The notes under the pieces were generated by a model, which was not told the origin of the DNA, did no database searches, and was given only the letters and a program-made list of their open reading frames with translations. The translations under genes were made by a program, and so were the position numbers. From assembly GCA_965199825.1 (NCBI GenBank), contig OZ241329.1:2336001-2400000 (forward strand): a DNA stretch of 64,000 nucleotides, given 5' to 3'. This document shows, piece by piece, positions 29,014-38,319 of the stretch (the stretch's first letter is position 1; every line of letters starts with the position of its first letter). This DNA comes from Bdellovibrionales bacterium. GTDB taxonomy: Bacteria; Bdellovibrionota; Bdellovibrionia; Bdellovibrionales; UBA1609.

Positions 29014-29220
29014 TTAAGCGATCTTTTTTGTCTTGCGTAAAAACGACTGATATTTTTTATCAAAATCGCGTGGGCGCTCGCCCTTTTTGCTCACAAGACC
29101 TTCTTTGAACCAAGCAAAGTGTTCACCACAAAAACCTGCTCGCTCACCTGCTTTTGCACAACTGTCCACTGGACATTTTACTGCAAGCTCAGACAATCCA
29201 CCTTTTTTATCATTAGCCAT
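29014..29220 (-). CDS. Small putative zinc-finger protein (C-x4-C-x9-C-x2-H)
   Basis: SD AAGGAGGG before ATG 29220; CPVDSC...GFCGEHF.WFKEGL. Confidence 0.65.
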   Translation of the reverse strand: MANDKKGGLSELAVKCPVDSCAKAGERAGFCGEHFAWFKEGLVSKKGERPRDFDKKYQSFLRKTKKIA

Positions 29221-29263
29221 AAAGCCCTCCTTGGTTCCTTTTCGGAAGGTGGAGGGCAAAAAC

Positions 29264-30742
29264 TTACCTCGACCGAAGGTCAGTCAAATCGAGTTGGTTG
29301 AGTTCGTTGATGGTGAAGCCGGTAAAATTTGGCCGGGCCAAATAAGAAAAAGAGACCACTCCCATTGGAATTAGGGCATAGTCCTCAAGCAAAAGCTGAA
29401 AGGCATTGGTGCAACGCTGCCTTTTTCCAAACACAGTCTTGGGCTGCGATTGGACCAAGGAATCATAAGGTTGGTTTTCAAAATGGATCAAATTCTCAGG
29501 ATTCTCTTTTTGAAACACTTCGAGGCCTGCAAGGCAGGTGGGTCGATCAAGAGCCACACCGCGACGAAAAATTTCGGCCTTTCCTGATTTGATGGTTTGG
29601 GTGACCACAACTTGTTCTTGAGCCACCAGCGAAATATCAAGATTGAGATTTTTTTTCCATTGATCTTGCACCCATTCAAAAACGATTTGATGACTCTCAC
29701 CACCCATCTTGGAAAAATAAATGGTCCATTTTTGTTTCAATAATTTTGGATCCACCTGCTTTAATGCTTTTTTAGCTTCAACAAGATTAAATTTATAACA
29801 AGGGTAGGTTGCAAAATAATTTGATGAGAGCGAAGGACATCCAGGTTGTCCTTGAGTGTGCATCAGCTCGCGGGCTTGATCGTAATCAAGTGCAAGACTT
29901 AAAGCTTTTCGTAAATAAAAATGATTTTTAAGTTGGGGTCCAAATCCAATGTAATCAAATCGGGCAGTGGGTTGTTCAAAAAAATCTTTGCGGTTTTTTA
30001 ATACCGAAATATCTTGCAGGCTCACACGTCTTAAAAAATTAATTTTCCCGCTCTCGTAAAGTCTGAGAGCGGTTTGATCATCATCGATAAAAAAAATATC
30101 AACTTTAGGAGGTGTTGTTTTTCTAGGATAATACTTATTTGGAATCAGCCGAATTTTTTTTCCTTTTTCCCAGGTTTCAATTTTGTAGGGCCCACTCACA
30201 ATCAGTTCCGATACTTGATCGCGACCCAAAACCTTGGTTGAAAAAGTGGGTGAAAGGGCCGGGTGAGTCAGCTTAAACAAAAAATCAGGATCCGGCTGAT
30301 CAAATTCAAACACCAAAGTTTTTTGATCTTTGGCAACGACTCCTAAATCCTCTTTTGGTTTTGTGCCGTTGAGAATGGCCCTAGAATTCTTAAGGTGAAG
30401 CAAAAGATCTCTCGTTTGGCTTTTGATTTGAGGATCAAAGAGGCGACGAAACGTGGTGACATAATTTTCGGCGGTGATTTTTTGTCCATTGGACCATTTG
30501 CGTTTGGGGTCAAGATCGCAATAAAGTTTTTGATTTTTCATCACGCAATCTTTTGCACCTTCTGGAATCAAGGTGTTGTTGGAATATCGATACAGACCAC
30601 GAAAGATATTTGAAAAGAGATAAGAACCTGCCGGCCCACCGACGGTGGCCGAATCAAGGCTATAAGGTTCTCCAAAAAGATGAAACGAGAACACGTTTTC
30701 CTGAGCAAAACATCTCATAATAAGACACAAAATTAAGACCAA
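29264..30742 (-). CDS. Oligopeptide ABC transporter substrate-binding protein (OppA-like)
   Basis: EP.SLD, KWSNG..ITA..Y....RRL.DP, LGV.A.D.KTL, SGPYKI..W..G..I.L.PN.YY. Confidence 0.88.
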   Translation of the reverse strand: MVLILCLIMRCFAQENVFSFHLFGEPYSLDSATVGGPAGSYLFSNIFRGLYRYSNNTLIPEGAKDCVMKNQKLYCDLDPKRKWSNGQKITAENYVTTFRRLFDPQIKSQTRDLLLHLKNSRAILNGTKPKEDLGVVAKDQKTLVFEFDQPDPDFLFKLTHPALSPTFSTKVLGRDQVSELIVSGPYKIETWEKGKKIRLIPNKYYPRKTTPPKVDIFFIDDDQTALRLYESGKINFLRRVSLQDISVLKNRKDFFEQPTARFDYIGFGPQLKNHFYLRKALSLALDYDQARELMHTQGQPGCPSLSSNYFATYPCYKFNLVEAKKALKQVDPKLLKQKWTIYFSKMGGESHQIVFEWVQDQWKKNLNLDISLVAQEQVVVTQTIKSGKAEIFRRGVALDRPTCLAGLEVFQKENPENLIHFENQPYDSLVQSQPKTVFGKRQRCTNAFQLLLEDYALIPMGVVSFSYLARPNFTGFTINELNQLDLTDLRSR

Positions 30743-30752
30743 GACTCGAACC

Positions 30753-30780
30753 TCAACTTTTGGACCAAATACGACGATAA
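30753..30780 (+). promoter_or_regulatory. Putative sigma28 (FliA)-type promoter
   Basis: TCAACTTT-N12-GACGATAA upstream of 30800. Confidence 0.55.
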
Positions 30781-30799
30781 GAAATGAGACGGAGTAATC

Positions 30800-31432
30800 G
30801 TGTTTGTAAATCGTCAGTTAATTTATTTATTCGGTGCGATCTTCTTGATCACAATTCCGTTTACCAATTGCGACACGTCCAATTCGGGTAATGGTCTTTT
30901 TAATACTCTCACCTCAGTCTGTCAGCCGGATTCCTCAGGTTACAATCCCTGCGTTCTTCAAGATCCAAGCACCATTCAGCTTCAGGTCAATTCTGGCAGT
31001 TTAATTCAATTGCCTTATACAACAACCACTGCTGGCGGCTTTACCTTTGATGTTGGTGGAGATTGCAATGAGGGCGGATATATTGCCACACCAGGGTCTG
31101 CCACTGATCAATCTTATAATGAAATTCATTATTCTTTTTTAACACCACAGGGAGGCGTTATTTCGCAATCTGATGGTGCGAGCGTTAACACGGGTTGCAG
31201 CGGCGTGGACACAAATGGATGGCTTTCCGGAGGACCAGGAAATCACAAAAGTGCCTGCATCAATGGTCGCTTTACAGTTCAAGTTTTTAGCTGCGTTCAG
31301 ATGTTCACAGGATACGATTACTCACTTATGATATCTTTAACTGTACACGGACCGGATGGCACACTGATTACTGACACCAACAGCGTTGCCTCTACCCGAA
31401 CAGTTACCGTGCGCGCGGCGAGTCTCCAATAA
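30800..31432 (+). CDS. Hypothetical exported Cys-rich protein (FTNC signal motif)
   Basis: SD GGAG, GTG start, signal ending IPFTNC, GG.CNEGG and C.NGRF.V motifs. Confidence 0.7.
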   Translation: MFVNRQLIYLFGAIFLITIPFTNCDTSNSGNGLFNTLTSVCQPDSSGYNPCVLQDPSTIQLQVNSGSLIQLPYTTTTAGGFTFDVGGDCNEGGYIATPGSATDQSYNEIHYSFLTPQGGVISQSDGASVNTGCSGVDTNGWLSGGPGNHKSACINGRFTVQVFSCVQMFTGYDYSLMISLTVHGPDGTLITDTNSVASTRTVTVRAASLQ

Positions 31433-32036
31433 ATTCAATTTTCAAATGATTGAGCGGATAATTTCTTAAAGCCGAAGCTTTATCTTCGGCCGGCAAAGCG
31501 CTATTTTCAAAATTCAAAAATGGTGTTTTCATTTTAGAATGTTGATTTATCAATGACGGGCCTTGAGTGGTCATGAATTCTAAAAAATGCTCGGCTGAAG
31601 CTTGCTCCAAAGAATTTTTCTTTATCATCAAAAAAACAATATGCAGCTTTTGTTGGGTTGATGGATCACGGATCGACCAAGCAAGAGGGAGGGCCTTAGT
31701 TACTTGGGGAAAGCGAAAATTGACATCGACCAACTCGTTCACATCTAAATTTATAAACAAATCAGAATCTAGGTCCAATGGGTGATCGGTGAGTAACAGA
31801 TCAAAGTCCTTGGCCAACAATTGATTGAGCTCATCTTTGGTAGCATAAGGTTTGACCAAAAGCCGAATACCGCTAATTTTTTTAAATTGCCTCAAGGTTT
31901 CGGGAAAGCATTCGTCTGTCTTACAAATCAGGGTGAGCTTGGGCTTGAGCATTTTAGAAAAAAGCTCGCGGGAACCAAAAAGGATGCCGAGACAAAACGA
32001 AAACATCACTACACAAGTCCAGTATCCCCAACGCAT
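31404..32036 (-). CDS. Shortened PotD-like substrate-binding-fold protein
   Basis: FPETL..FK...GI......Y.T..EL...L....DLL and I.KNS.....A..FLEF motifs; N-terminal TM. Confidence 0.5.
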   Translation of the reverse strand: MRWGYWTCVVMFSFCLGILFGSRELFSKMLKPKLTLICKTDECFPETLRQFKKISGIRLLVKPYATKDELNQLLAKDFDLLLTDHPLDLDSDLFINLDVNELVDVNFRFPQVTKALPLAWSIRDPSTQQKLHIVFLMIKKNSLEQASAEHFLEFMTTQGPSLINQHSKMKTPFLNFENSALPAEDKASALRNYPLNHLKIEFIGDSPRAR

Positions 32037-32160
32037 CTTTTCATCATGCCATAAGCCTGACTTTTAAAGAGTATTGAATTATTTCGTATGTGCTTTTTCA
32101 TGACTTTCGACTATATTAAAAATCCTAGGCTATTTAAGGCCAAGAAAGGAGGTGGTGCTA

Positions 32161-32208
32161 ATGGTAGATTATGAACGCATACCAATGGCGGAGGTGAATG
32201 CCATTTAA
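32161..32208 (+). CDS. 15-aa small peptide MVDYERIPMAEVNAI
   Basis: SD AGAAAGGAGGTG at 32143-32154, ATG 32161, TAA 32206-32208, own terminator. Confidence 0.55.
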   Translation: MVDYERIPMAEVNAI

Positions 32209-32266
32209 CCTCCATTGTTGGAGAAAGTGATTCATTCACTTTCGCCAGAGGTTATGACCGTTTCCC

Positions 32267-32298
32267 GGCCAGGCTTGAAAAAGCCTGGCCTTTTTTTT
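32267..32298 (+). terminator. Rho-independent terminator
   Basis: GGCCAGGCTT-GAAA-AAGCCTGGCC followed by T8. Confidence 0.92.
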
Positions 32299-34657
32299 AC
32301 ATTAAATCTTTTGTCTGAACTCTTAAAGTTTGGCGTACAAAAAACAACAGCGGTAAACTAAATAAAATTAAATTAAGCAACGGCAAAAATTCATAAAGCT
32401 GAAATTCAAAATTCCAAGGTGTTAAAAAAATCTTTTTAAGAACCAAATACGACATCCACCGCGCCGACATATTGGCAAAAAGATAGCTCAACAAAAATAA
32501 AAATAAAAATTCAGTCAAAAGATAAAGGCGACGTTGATTTTGCGAGGCCCCAAAAGTTTCTAAAAGAGCCATTTCGGTTCTTCGCAATGAAAATGAAAAA
32601 GATAAAATCATTGTGATTAGAATCGAGAGAAAAACTGCGACTCCAATTAAAAAATAAATTAACGGCTTTTTAATCTGTCGAAGCAAATCGCTCAAGCGCT
32701 CAAGAATTTTTGCAATATCGATCACCGAAACCGCAGGATGCTTTTTTAACAATTGAGATTGAAATTGTTCCTTGCTCTGGCTGCCACGAGCTGTCCCAAT
32801 CATCGAAAAAGGAAACCTTTCAAGTGTCCCTTTAGGAAACTGAATAAAAAAATTGGGTTGAAACTGATTCCATTCGATCGATCGAATTTGCGAAACCAAA
32901 GCCTTTACTTCTTCACCCTGAAGCTCAAATTGTAATAGATCATTCAATTTAATATTGTTGCGTTTTGCAAACTCCAATTCGAGCGAGACCTGACCCTGTT
33001 TTATTTCGTTTGATCCTTCAAAAACAGATTCGGATCTTTTAAGCTTTGAGGATTCGGTCATGCGTAAAGGAAAACGTTTAAGCTGATCACTTTCCACCGG
33101 TTTATCATTTATTTTTTCGAGGCGCCCCAGGAATAACCGAGATGGATTTTCGAACTGACCACCGAGAGAGGTAACATCGGAAATGAGTTGATCCAGATCC
33201 TCTGGCTGAATGTTTGAGACAAAAAACTGAGGGGTCACCTCTGATTGGGGAGCAAGCTCTTTTTCGACCGCGCGACCAAAATGAAGAAGTAAAAGTTGAA
33301 CAAATAAAGCTGTGAAAAAAGTTTGGAACAAAAGGATATGACCACTTCTTGGCTTACTCAAGTTTCTGAGCGAGAGAAGAACAATTTTTTGTACTTGGAC
33401 CAAACCTAAACTAGTTTTTAAAAGCTTTGGAATGATCAAACATGAAAACAAAAGGGTGAGGCATTCAAAGCCAATAAAAAAGAGCAAATACATTTTATTT
33501 TCAAACCAAAACAGAGCGAGCCCAAATGAAAATAATAATCCGAGAGCCAAACTCATCAAGATTGGGGGTTGATCTTCTTGCTTTAAAAGCTGAAAAACCG
33601 AACGCGACTTCATCTCGATGAGATGTGCAGCCCAGATCCCAAGACATAAAATTAAACCCAGGATTTGCAACTTTAAGATAATCCCAAATTCAAAGTTCAG
33701 TGGCGTCAATACTGAAGTCATGATGAGTAAGACTGTCCCCATAAGCAAACTCAGTTGGACCGCTAAAAGAGCAAGGGTAAAAAGATAGCCTGCACGAGCG
33801 ATGCGCTTGACTCCGTAGCAGGTGAGAAGGCCTAAGAGCGCGCTTCGATTTTGTAGCAAAGTGTGAAGCGAATAAAAACTGACGATAAAACAAAGAACAC
33901 TTAAAAACATCACGGCCAAATCAACGATTTGAAGGGCGAAATTGAGTCCCTTTTCGATGGTCTTGACCGCATCTTGCTTTGTGCGAACAAAATATCCCCG
34001 TTTTTCAATTTCATTTTTTGTTTCTTGAGAGATCAGCGGACACAGATCATAGCGGCGGTAGTACACCAGACTCCCGGGCGCAATCAGGCCGGTTTTGATC
34101 AAGAGATCTTGCGAAAGAAAAAGAGGTTCAGCCGGTGAAAACCGAAACTGCTGAGAGCTTAAGTTTCGGTTGAGAGGTTGGTCCACTTTGACTTTTAAAT
34201 TCCCGACTTGAAGGATTTCGTCATGCTTGAGATCTAAATTTTTCCACAAATCAAGACTGACATTTAAATCCTTTTCAAAATGGCTTTTACCAATCAGTGG
34301 ATAATTTTTTGAAACTCCTTTGATTTCGGCAAGAGCAGACAGCTCTCCATGGGTCACATTGCTCACGAGTTCGATTACTAAAGCATGAGCCGTTGATTTT
34401 AAGATCTCTGTTAGCCATCCCTCATCCTGCGGCGACATCGGGCGTGTTGAGGTGATCTCCACATCGCCGCCTAAAATACTTTGGGCTTCGGACTCAATAG
34501 TGTGAACAAATGTGCTCTTCAGCATAAGGCTTAGGCCCAACAAAAATAATGCGGGCCCAAGACTTAAGATCACCATGTTGAGTCGTAAATAAGAATGAGA
34601 TAAATCTTTGAATATAAATTTAAAGTATTGAGCTATCGACAAGTGCGCCTTTTTCAA
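32297..34657 (-). CDS. YbbP-like ABC transporter permease (FtsX-type, duplicated)
   Basis: LGGD..I, KGV...YPL.G, P.FF..NIQP, R.I.W..FQPNFF, R..E.ALL.T.GA; downstream of ybbA-like gene. Confidence 0.8.
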   Translation of the reverse strand: MKKAHLSIAQYFKFIFKDLSHSYLRLNMVILSLGPALFLLGLSLMLKSTFVHTIESEAQSILGGDVEITSTRPMSPQDEGWLTEILKSTAHALVIELVSNVTHGELSALAEIKGVSKNYPLIGKSHFEKDLNVSLDLWKNLDLKHDEILQVGNLKVKVDQPLNRNLSSQQFRFSPAEPLFLSQDLLIKTGLIAPGSLVYYRRYDLCPLISQETKNEIEKRGYFVRTKQDAVKTIEKGLNFALQIVDLAVMFLSVLCFIVSFYSLHTLLQNRSALLGLLTCYGVKRIARAGYLFTLALLAVQLSLLMGTVLLIMTSVLTPLNFEFGIILKLQILGLILCLGIWAAHLIEMKSRSVFQLLKQEDQPPILMSLALGLLFSFGLALFWFENKMYLLFFIGFECLTLLFSCLIIPKLLKTSLGLVQVQKIVLLSLRNLSKPRSGHILLFQTFFTALFVQLLLLHFGRAVEKELAPQSEVTPQFFVSNIQPEDLDQLISDVTSLGGQFENPSRLFLGRLEKINDKPVESDQLKRFPLRMTESSKLKRSESVFEGSNEIKQGQVSLELEFAKRNNIKLNDLLQFELQGEEVKALVSQIRSIEWNQFQPNFFIQFPKGTLERFPFSMIGTARGSQSKEQFQSQLLKKHPAVSVIDIAKILERLSDLLRQIKKPLIYFLIGVAVFLSILITMILSFSFSLRRTEMALLETFGASQNQRRLYLLTEFLFLFLLSYLFANMSARWMSYLVLKKIFLTPWNFEFQLYEFLPLLNLILFSLPLLFFVRQTLRVQTKDLM

Positions 34658-35297
34658 ACCTCAAATGACGATGACAAAATTGTATCATTTTTGGATCATG
34701 AGTGACCAATAACAAAGCCATCTTGAGCGGAGTCAAAATTGTGGTGAGCAACTTCAGAACATCGAGCGCGGTTTTTTGATCAAGACTTCCCGTGGGTTCA
34801 TCGGCCAATAAAATTTTTGGTTTTAAAATTAGGGCTCTTGCGATCGCAACTCTCTGACATTCGCCCCGAGACATTTGATGGGGGTAGTGATCCCTTCGCT
34901 TTTGAATATCAAGATCGTTAAGAAGTTCATTAGCAAAAGTCTGGTCTGAAATCCCTTTGAGCTGCAGTGGAAACAGAATGTTTTCGATAGCGGTCAAAAA
35001 AGGCAACAGATGAAATTGTTGAAAGATCATTCCAACAGTTTGGGACCGAAAGAGACTTAAATGATCCCCTTTAAGTTGGTTTAAATTTTTTTGAGATATT
35101 TTTACCTCACCGTGATCGGGCGAATCAAGTCCGTATAAAATCGAAAGCAGTGTGGACTTACCACAACCCGAGGGCCCCATGAGACTGACGAATTCAGCTT
35201 GTTGAACTTTAAGGTTGAGTGAATCAAGAATCTTTAATCCTGTAGGATGATCTTGAGACACATAGCTTTTTGAAATATTCGATGCTTCTAAAATCAT
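34620..35297 (-). CDS. ABC transporter ATP-binding protein (YbbA/LolD-like)
   Basis: GPSGCGKST, MSRGECQRVAIARAL, LADEPTGSLD, VTHD. Confidence 0.92.
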   Translation of the reverse strand: MILEASNISKSYVSQDHPTGLKILDSLNLKVQQAEFVSLMGPSGCGKSTLLSILYGLDSPDHGEVKISQKNLNQLKGDHLSLFRSQTVGMIFQQFHLLPFLTAIENILFPLQLKGISDQTFANELLNDLDIQKRRDHYPHQMSRGECQRVAIARALILKPKILLADEPTGSLDQKTALDVLKLLTTILTPLKMALLLVTHDPKMIQFCHRHLRFEKGALVDSSIL

Positions 35298-35890
35298 AAA
35301 AGTTTTTTTAAAGCCGGATAAAGATTTTTATAAATCACGTTGTGCCCTTGGGCATTGGGATGAAACCCGTCGGCTTGGTTTAACTCTTGATGTCCTGCAA
35401 CACCTTCGAGCAAAAAAGGAAAAAATGGGATCTGAAATTTTTTGGCGATGCGAGGATAAAGATCTTGAAAATCTTTGGCGTATTTTGGACCAAGATTGGG
35501 AAAGATTCGCATTCCAACAAGCAGCACTTTGACTTTATTTTGCTTTAATAGCTCGATGGTTTTTGTAATGTTCGATTCGATGATTTGAACCGCAGTGCCC
35601 TGGCGAGCATCGTTGCCTCCAATAGTTAAAACCACAAGATCAGGTTTATTTTGTTTGAGATAAAACTGAGCCCGAGAAAAAACCGATGAACTTAAGGCGC
35701 CACTTTCGGCCCCATTAACAATTTTAAATTCAGGCTTTTCGGTTTTTAGTTTTTGTTGAATTAAAAAAACAAAACTCTCGTCACGCGACACACCATAGCC
35801 TGCGGTCAATGAGTCGCCCAAAAACAAAATTTCTGAGGCAAACGAAGGCGTTACAATTAATAGAGCAAGAAGAGTGAGAGGTTTAAGCAT
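35294..35890 (-). CDS. tesA: SGNH arylesterase/thioesterase TesA (probable start ATG 35890)
   Basis: GDSLTAGYG, GGND, PFLLEGVAG, NQADGFHPN..G. Confidence 0.9.
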   Translation of the reverse strand: MLKPLTLLALLIVTPSFASEILFLGDSLTAGYGVSRDESFVFLIQQKLKTEKPEFKIVNGAESGALSSSVFSRAQFYLKQNKPDLVVLTIGGNDARQGTAVQIIESNITKTIELLKQNKVKVLLVGMRIFPNLGPKYAKDFQDLYPRIAKKFQIPFFPFLLEGVAGHQELNQADGFHPNAQGHNVIYKNLYPALKKLL

Positions 35891-35980
35891 AGAGTAAAAT
35901 TGATCACGATAAACTAGACCTTTCAAGCTTCATCAAAAAATGACTTGTCCAAGTGGTTTTGATTCTTCTACCATTTTGGT

Positions 35981-36043
35981 GTGGGGGGGCGATGTTTGGA
36001 AGGACACCTATCAGAGGCACGGAAGCTTCACATCGCCTTTTTT
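35981..36043 (+). ncRNA. Candidate small RNA with ANGGA motifs (Csr/Rsm sponge-like)
   Basis: Promoter TTGTCC-18-TACCAT (35945-35974); closing stem GGCGATGT/ACATCGCC then T6; hairpin GAGGC-ACGGAA-GCTTC; second AAGGA. Confidence 0.5.
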
Positions 36044-36149
36044 CTTGGTAAAAGCCCTTTTTTGCTCACACCCTGATTAACTCTTCAACAGATCAATATA
36101 AGCTCAGCCACCACCGCGTGGCGCTTGGCTTGCTCTTTTATAAATCAGT

Positions 36150-37694
36150 ATGAAAAGAGTCTCTTTACTTATTTTATTTATCCTAGGTTGCCAACAAAAG
36201 ACCGCTGTGGAATCGGGCAACTCCACCTTTGTGACCAAGGGCTTACCCTCTGTGGTTCAACCACTTGAAGAAAAAGAAGCTGCCACTCTGACTCCAACTT
36301 TCGTGAGCGAAGTAGCAAAGCCCCCAATTCAACCTTCCGCTCAACCTCATGTGACCAAAGAGCCAACAATTTTGGGCCTTACCAATCCAATGATTCTTCC
36401 TCCGCTCGGAAAACAAATTGAAGTGTTTGTCACATTCCAAACCACGGAATCTTCGGTAAGGCTGCACCTCCGTGGTGAGGTCAGCCCCTATCGCAATGGA
36501 CTGTTTGTTGGGGTGCTTTCGGATCCCTCTGAAATTAAAAGTCACCGGGTCAAAGCCATCGCCATCTGTCCAAATTCTATTTGCGATCATGTGATTGTGA
36601 ATCTGCATTACCTTGTGAATAACGAAATCAAAAACTTTCAGACCGAATGGTTTAAAAAAATTGAACCAGTCGAAATGACCGCGCCACCCGAACAGTCACC
36701 TCCAAATATAAATATCGCGGTGAGACCTGAAGAAGATGTGAACGAAGGTTCATTTTCTGAGCCCCCAAAAGGCTCCGTCGAAGAACAGGCCGAGCAGGGC
36801 GGTGGATATGTCTCGCTCGATCCCGAAAAGCTTGAGGGTTTTAAAACCGATTTGTTGCCTTTTACAGCACCTGTTCCAGCCACAATTCCGCACATTGAAA
36901 TTGCCAAAAAACATGAGCCTCCGGTCATCAATCTAAGGCCCGAAGTTGCAAAACCGTTAGATCCGATTCCAATTCCACCCCCGTTTGTTGAACCCCAAAA
37001 AGTGATTCAATCTTTGATTGAGGTCGCAACCAATCTGGTTGAAGGCGGGGAGGCCAGAAATTTTTATTTCAAAGCTGGCCAGATTATGGATGACAGTGTT
37101 TTGCCTGAGTCCGGAGTGGGCTTTGTTAAAACCACTCTTGAGCGCGATCGAAGGTATGGTTCAGGGTTGCTGGTTCAATTGATCATCGATTCGGCCAAAG
37201 CCTTTCGCACAGAGACCACCTATTCAGATAATGAATTATGGATTAGTGATATCTCGCAAAAAGGTGGCGGCGATATGCACCGCAGGGACTCGAGCAATCG
37301 TTTGATTAAGAATGATGCCCACCAAAATGGTTTAGATGTGGATATCGCTTATCTCAACCAAAATCCAAACTTTAATTTCCAGGTTGTGAATAATCAGGTG
37401 CTTCCCAATTTTGATTTTAAAAGGAATTTTGAATTTATGCGGCTGCTTGTAAAAACCAAAATGGTTGGATCTATTTTTGTCGATCCGCGTATCAAAAAGG
37501 GATTTTGTGGCTGGTTCAAACGAGAAATCCAAAATCCAACCGAGCTTGATCATGAAGTTCTAGAGCGAATGTATCATGTCGAGGGGCATACCAATCACTT
37601 TCATGTTCGGCTCAAATGCTCGCCAAATTATATCTTATGTGTGCCGCAAGGATTGAATGGCGATGGTCTTTTAAATAAAACCCCATGTAACTGA
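36150..37694 (+). CDS. Lipoprotein with C-terminal MepA-like (penicillin-insensitive) murein endopeptidase domain
   Basis: ILGC lipobox, Pro-rich linker, R.YG, ISDISQKGGG, HQNGLDVDI, GH.NHFHVRL.C. Confidence 0.85.
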   Translation: MKRVSLLILFILGCQQKTAVESGNSTFVTKGLPSVVQPLEEKEAATLTPTFVSEVAKPPIQPSAQPHVTKEPTILGLTNPMILPPLGKQIEVFVTFQTTESSVRLHLRGEVSPYRNGLFVGVLSDPSEIKSHRVKAIAICPNSICDHVIVNLHYLVNNEIKNFQTEWFKKIEPVEMTAPPEQSPPNINIAVRPEEDVNEGSFSEPPKGSVEEQAEQGGGYVSLDPEKLEGFKTDLLPFTAPVPATIPHIEIAKKHEPPVINLRPEVAKPLDPIPIPPPFVEPQKVIQSLIEVATNLVEGGEARNFYFKAGQIMDDSVLPESGVGFVKTTLERDRRYGSGLLVQLIIDSAKAFRTETTYSDNELWISDISQKGGGDMHRRDSSNRLIKNDAHQNGLDVDIAYLNQNPNFNFQVVNNQVLPNFDFKRNFEFMRLLVKTKMVGSIFVDPRIKKGFCGWFKREIQNPTELDHEVLERMYHVEGHTNHFHVRLKCSPNYILCVPQGLNGDGLLNKTPCN

Positions 37695-37718
37695 AACATA
37701 ATATAACTTATAAACAAA
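37691..37718 (-). other. dif site (XerC/XerD chromosome dimer resolution)
   Basis: Minus strand TTTGTTTATAA-GTTATA-TTATGTTTCAG versus E. coli dif GGTGCGCATAA-TGTATA-TTATGTTAAAT. Confidence 0.75.
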
Positions 37719-37766
37719 ACGAAACTGGACTTTTGTTTGTCTCTCTTCCTCTCTTAAAATTTAAAA

Positions 37767-38264
37767 ATGATTTTATCCCTCATACATTTACCTTCAGACC
37801 GCAAAGTTGAAGATGTCACAAAAGATGAGGCTAAAGCTCTGATCAAAATTCTAGGCACCGAACTTTTAAAGCAATGGTATATCGAGATCGATGCCAATAC
37901 TAAAATCCCCCTAACCCTTAAGTTTTTTGAAAACAGCATCGAAGAGCTTTCCGAAAAAACGGTTGAATTTGAGCTTGAATACACTCGTGTAGACCATCGT
38001 AAACAAAAAAGATTTGACCGGCAATTTCAGTTTTTGGCCTTAAGCCAAACCACGACCTTTGAAACCCAAACCGTAGATATCAGTAGTCGCGGCATTAAAC
38101 TACGTGAGCCGATACCCAGAGAGTTTCCTGAATACTTTGATGCCACCGTGGTCTTTGGGCTGGGGCAAAGTATTGACCTCAAAGTTCGATTAATCACACC
38201 TAAAAAGCTCCAGATTCTTGAGATCGACAATCCAGCGATCCTCAACCAATGGCTCTTAAAATGA
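37767..38264 (+). CDS. PilZ-domain protein
   Basis: RKQKR (RxxxR) and DISSRG (DxSxxG) c-di-GMP motifs. Confidence 0.75.
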   Translation: MILSLIHLPSDRKVEDVTKDEAKALIKILGTELLKQWYIEIDANTKIPLTLKFFENSIEELSEKTVEFELEYTRVDHRKQKRFDRQFQFLALSQTTTFETQTVDISSRGIKLREPIPREFPEYFDATVVFGLGQSIDLKVRLITPKKLQILEIDNPAILNQWLLK

Positions 38265-38319
38265 GACACTTTTTGGCTTCTTCTTTTAATACGGGCATGA
38301 GCGATGGTAGACTTTAAGG

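Noticed and set aside
32143..32298. Amino-acid attenuator leader or type I toxin
   Set aside because: No downstream co-oriented gene, no run of regulatory codons, and the peptide is not hydrophobic
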